Shown: one piece after another, positions 60,201 through 64,000 of the stretch
Numbering within the stretch: position 1 is the stretch's first letter
Layout of the letters: each line of letters opens with the position of its first letter
Assembly: GCF_026571515.1 (NCBI RefSeq)
Contig: NW_026859889.1
Location: 1 to 64,000, forward strand
DNA length: 64,000 nt
From: Ruditapes philippinarum
Taxonomy: Eukaryota
Direction: 5' to 3'
Notes under the pieces: model-generated
The model's input: only the letters and a program-made list of their open reading frames with translations
Databases searched by the model: none
Told to the model about the DNA's origin: nothing
Translations under genes and position numbers: made by a program

Positions 60201-62056
60201 TACTGTTGATGTTTTTTGTATTCCACTTTGAACAGGACACCAAAAACAAAACGATATTGAGAAATAGAAATAAAAGCATTTCTGACGCCTAATGGGCCTT
60301 TAAAGAAAATGTCAATTAAACTCGAAATGTGTTAAAAAGGAAAGTAGGTTGGTTAAAAGAACAAAAAAACAATACTACATACCTTTCCAGTATCTACAAC
60401 ATACTTGATGCCAGGTATGGTGAGTGAAGTCTCCGCTACATTAGTAGCAACAACACAAAGCCTGCAACCTTCAGGTACTGGACCAAATACCTAAAGTGAT
60501 AATGTTGATATCATTAAAGCAACATTCCAACTTGACATCCCAATTTATCAAACTTTTGGCACATCAACAAATTACAGGTAACACATTCTCGAAATGTGCA
60601 TCTTATATTCAAATTATAGTTGTTTGTTCATTTGTTTTTGATGATAATTTTGATACAATCGTCATATGTAGGCAGTCTGTCAACCTAACTTGCTTCCCTG
60701 AATAACTGACCAGCAATTACCCATTTCTAACCAAGTGACTGACATCTAATACAACATGATTTCTGAATTAGTGGTGAGGAACAAATAATCATTACACTCA
60801 ATGTCTGAGATAAATTGTCACGGAGAAACTACCCCTCGCCCCAAAAGATCGAATCAGCAACCTTTGGATTTCAATCATATCCCATGCACTTCTTATTGAG
60901 CTAAGCAGGCGGACTCAGATTTAGGCATTTATAAGATTTTGGCAGAAACTTATTGACTTAGAAGTTTTACGATGACCTTACACAGAAATGTAATAAAGTT
61001 CAAGAAAATAATTCATCCCATAAGACTATTATAATTTATAACTAGGAAGTTCAATAACTAACCTTAGCTTGTTTCTGTGTAGATAGTAATGAATATAGTG
61101 GCAATACATATAGTGGTTGTGAGCATTCAGTGACCTTAACATTTTCAATGCCAAGGTCATCATCATCCACATCATCATGGTTACCAAGGTCATTCTCATC
61201 ATCACTAAGGTCAAGGTCAGAGCCGCCCTCCATTTCAGCTTCCTCATCTATTGGGGCCACTGAATAACTGTATAATAAAGTTTACAGAATATATTTCATG
61301 GAGGTCCCAGTTTTTTTTTTAGTAATATTTGTTTTTGGTTTGGTTTTACGTTGCACCAACTGTAATGGGTGAAAGACACCTTAACTTTATACCCTGTATT
61401 CTTAGACTAATACAGGATCTTTCAAATACTTGAATACTTTTATCTGACTGATGTCAAATTAGTTACAAAGGTCACAGATATGAAAGCATATATTTAAATA
61501 CAAAAAATGTTATATACTTGTCTAGGTTAATTTTTGGTAACTCCACTTTCTCTGCCTCTTTATTCTTATCACCATGTTTATGTCTTTTCCTTTGATGTGA
61601 GATTGTTCCTGATAACGAAAAAATACATTTTTTTTTTATAAACAATGATTATCATTAAGATCCCTTTAAAACAGAGAAACCAAATTTCGGAAGTATATAA
61701 TTTACTTATTTAATCCATCTTTAGCTTAACTAATCTAGGAATAGGGTGCAAGCTGGTATCTCCAAAACTACTGAAAGTCAATGGTTGAAACTTCACACTG
61801 TTCGTCCCTTTGATTATCTTACTCAGAACAGGGCCCATAACTCTTGATTTACATTTTTACATGGTTATGCCCCTTTTCTTACAACAGTTAAGGGCACCGT
61901 CTTACATTCAGCTCTTGTTTTCCTACCTGTTCCTGGGTTATTTTTATCCAATGGGAACGTCTGTTTTAATTTTCTGCACAGAGTATGCACTTCCTGTTGG
62001 CCTGTTACAAACAAAAGTATACCACCTTCCGGTAATGTCTTGTGAATCTTACATGT
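51228..62056 (-). CDS. DHX37: DEAH-box RNA helicase DHX37 (Dhr1/kurz), 3' 18 exons; 5' part lies beyond the window
   Basis: Exons 62056-61927, 61608-61518, 61267-61063, 60490-60383, 59777-59653, 59233-59137, 58468-58403, 57809-57731, 56827-56640, 56134-56072, 55685-55529, 54936-54816, 54233-54173, 53903-53789, 53194-53085, 52660-52464, 51950-51853, 51304-51228, all phase-compatible. Motifs [70 protein letters not shown], an acidic insertion and C-terminal WPP. Confidence 0.95.
51452..51672. repeat. Degenerate ~30-40 bp tandem repeat in last DHX37 intron
   Basis: Recurring ACAATCTATAAACAAATAGCAGGTACAAACTT. Confidence 0.7.
58849..59005 (+). mobile_element. tRNA-headed SINE fragment
   Basis: A-box-like GTGGCACAGCCAGGTGG and B-box GGGTTCAAACCCC, followed by a TGAGCAAGAAACATTACAC..ATTGCTCAGTACTGGTT central domain. 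Confidence 0.6.
59858..60299 (+). mobile_element. Kolobok-like non-autonomous element with duplicated 3' terminus
   Basis: TTAA|AGGCAAATTATGCCTCAGAAA...TTTCTGACGCCTAATGGGCCT|TTAA. The 3' ~65 bp is present twice (~60111-60176 and ~60233-60299). Degenerate copy at ~50008-50200. Confidence 0.78.
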
Positions 62057-63324
62057 CTGAAATATATGATACAGAAAATCATGTCAGAAAGGTTTCTGAA
62101 ATACCAAGCCATTGAAAGCCCCTCCCTCTATGATCTTGGGTACATTCAGGACGTAAGGATAATAAATTGGTAAATATCAACTACCTGATGAGACAGCGTT
62201 TTTCACCGTGACCGTTATTTGAGAAAATACTAGTATGACTGCTTGTTTACAAGCTCATTATGGTTCAGTCCTTCACCTGAAGACCATTGACCTTATATAA
62301 ACCTGTAGCAGTCCTTCCAGACAAATTCATCTTCACTTATTTCGAATTTTAATCAGCTACATGCAAGAGATTGATAAATTACTGAAATAAACATAGCACA
62401 GCCATGTGACAATGGAGGGCTAATCTTTAAATGTGTAAGTTGAATACTTAGAGAGCTGAAAACATAACAATGAATTATGAATAATATTTAAGATATTGAC
62501 AGGCATGTGCAGTAAATTAGAGATTCATCCATCTGCCTCAAATCTGTGGAATCACAGGTTTGAGTCGGAATTCAGAGAAAAAATTTTAAAATCTCAAGGT
62601 CAAACTGGTTACAAAGCAAAACCAAAAGCAATTCAAACTAGAGGATGCTTTTGTAAAAAAGCGCATGTCTCCCCCACTGCTGAGAATAACTGTGAATGGA
62701 AACAGGAATGGAAATGGAGATAAGATAATGTAAATACCCGGTAGTCACTTCAATGAAGGCTGTCTATGGATGGTTTCTATTGTTAAGGTTGTATGAGAAG
62801 ATGCTTCCTAAACTGTTTGTTTTTAACCAGGTATTCAATTTTGAAAATCCTGGTTATTCAATCAGCATATGGCAGGCGGGCGTCAAACGAAATTGCACTT
62901 GATGGTCATATCATATATAGTTTCACAAATGAAATTAAATGAAATTGTGTCTGCTCCATAATTCTTCAAACCTTTAAAGGATTTTGATGATACTTGAAAC
63001 AAACGTTCATATTGTCAGATTTTTTTACACTATTGAAAGACAACTCAAATTACAATGTATGTAAAATCATGATAACTGTAGTGTGTTGGGATGACTCCAC
63101 TCGTTTTCACAATGAAGCCTCTCTGGTAGATACTTGAAACAAAAATACATCAGCAAACAAAACAATGCGTGTAATACACCTTGCTGTGACCATGTAGCAT
63201 TGAACGCTCAGCGGGGAAGAAATGACTGCATAAGGGTGGAAAGATCAAAAAAGAACAGAGTATATAAAACCAGACAACTGATATATCACTGATATATCAA
63301 TAATAGTTAAATGTCCTCACTGAT

Positions 63325-64000
63325 AAGAACTCTAGTTATCATCCGGAAATGAGAAAATGACCAATGGTCACTGTGACCTTAACCTTTGACCTACTGACCC
63401 CATAAACAAGAGGGATCATCTGCTCAATAAGACCAATCATCCTATGAAGTTTGAGGGTTGTAGGTCTAAAGGAACTCTAGTTATCATCCGGAAAGGAGAA
63501 ATTAACCAATGGTCGCTGTGACCTTGACCTTTGACCTACTGACCATTAAAACAATAGGGATCATTTGATTAATAAGACCAATCATCCTATGAAGTTTGAG
63601 GGTTGTAGGTCATAAGGAACTCTAGTTATCATCCGGAAATGAGAAATTGACCAACGGTCACTGTGACCTTGACCTTTGACCTACTGACCCCAAAAACAAT
63701 AGGGATCATCTGCTCTATAAGACCAATCATCCTATGAAGTTTGAGGGCTGTAGGTCTAAAGGAACTCTAGTTATCATCCGGAAACGAGAAATTGACCAAC
63801 GGTCAGTGTGACCTTGACCTTTGACCTACTGACCCCAAAAACAATAGGGATCATCAGCTCTATAAGACCAATCATCCTATGAAGTTTGAGGGCTGTAGGT
63901 CAAAAGGAACTCTAGTTATCATCCGGAAACGAGAAATTGACCAACGGTCACTGTGACCTTGACCTTTGAACTACTGACCCCAAAAACAATAGGGATCATC
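63325..64000. repeat. 145-bp satellite array (probably internal array of an inverted HINE), running off the window end
   Basis: GAACTCTAGTTATCATCCGGAAA occurs at 63327, 63472, 63617, 63762 and 63907 (exact 145-bp spacing). Confidence 0.93.

Noticed and set aside
62057-64000. Further upstream DHX37 exons
   Set aside because: I found no segment encoding the expected N-terminal helicase motifs. The region is repeat-derived intron.

Overview
AT-rich, intron-containing animal genomic DNA. It is most likely a bivalve mollusc, possibly a venerid clam; this is inferred from the repeat landscape and not proven. By manual splicing I reconstruct six protein genes and one pseudogene. These are: an AADAC/NCEH1-type lipase (+, 1105-4603, 5 exons); a secreted IGFBP-N + thyroglobulin-1 protein (-, 6087-9348, 4 exons); an intronless GT10 alpha-1,3-fucosyltransferase with an extra C-terminal hydrophobic segment (-, 14023-15462); a decayed orphan multi-exon gene (-, ~19747-23219); a BTB + 9x C2H2 zinc-finger gene with a GC-AG intron (+, 27311-39088); a secreted Gly/Met/Gln/His-rich structural protein (+, 46955-49601); and the 3' 18 exons of DHX37 (-, 51228-62056). 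Introns and intergenic DNA are packed with non-autonomous elements: Helentron/HINE-like elements with 145-179 bp tandem arrays, palindromic MITEs, hAT- and Kolobok-like elements, SINE fragments and tRNA-Pro-derived modules, several of them nested. There is a 180-N gap at 15996-16175. No CRISPR array, rRNA or prokaryotic system is present. The best novelty candidates are the abductin/shematrin-like Gly-rich protein, the two-anchor fucosyltransferase, the invertebrate IGFBP-like gene and the orphan pseudogene.
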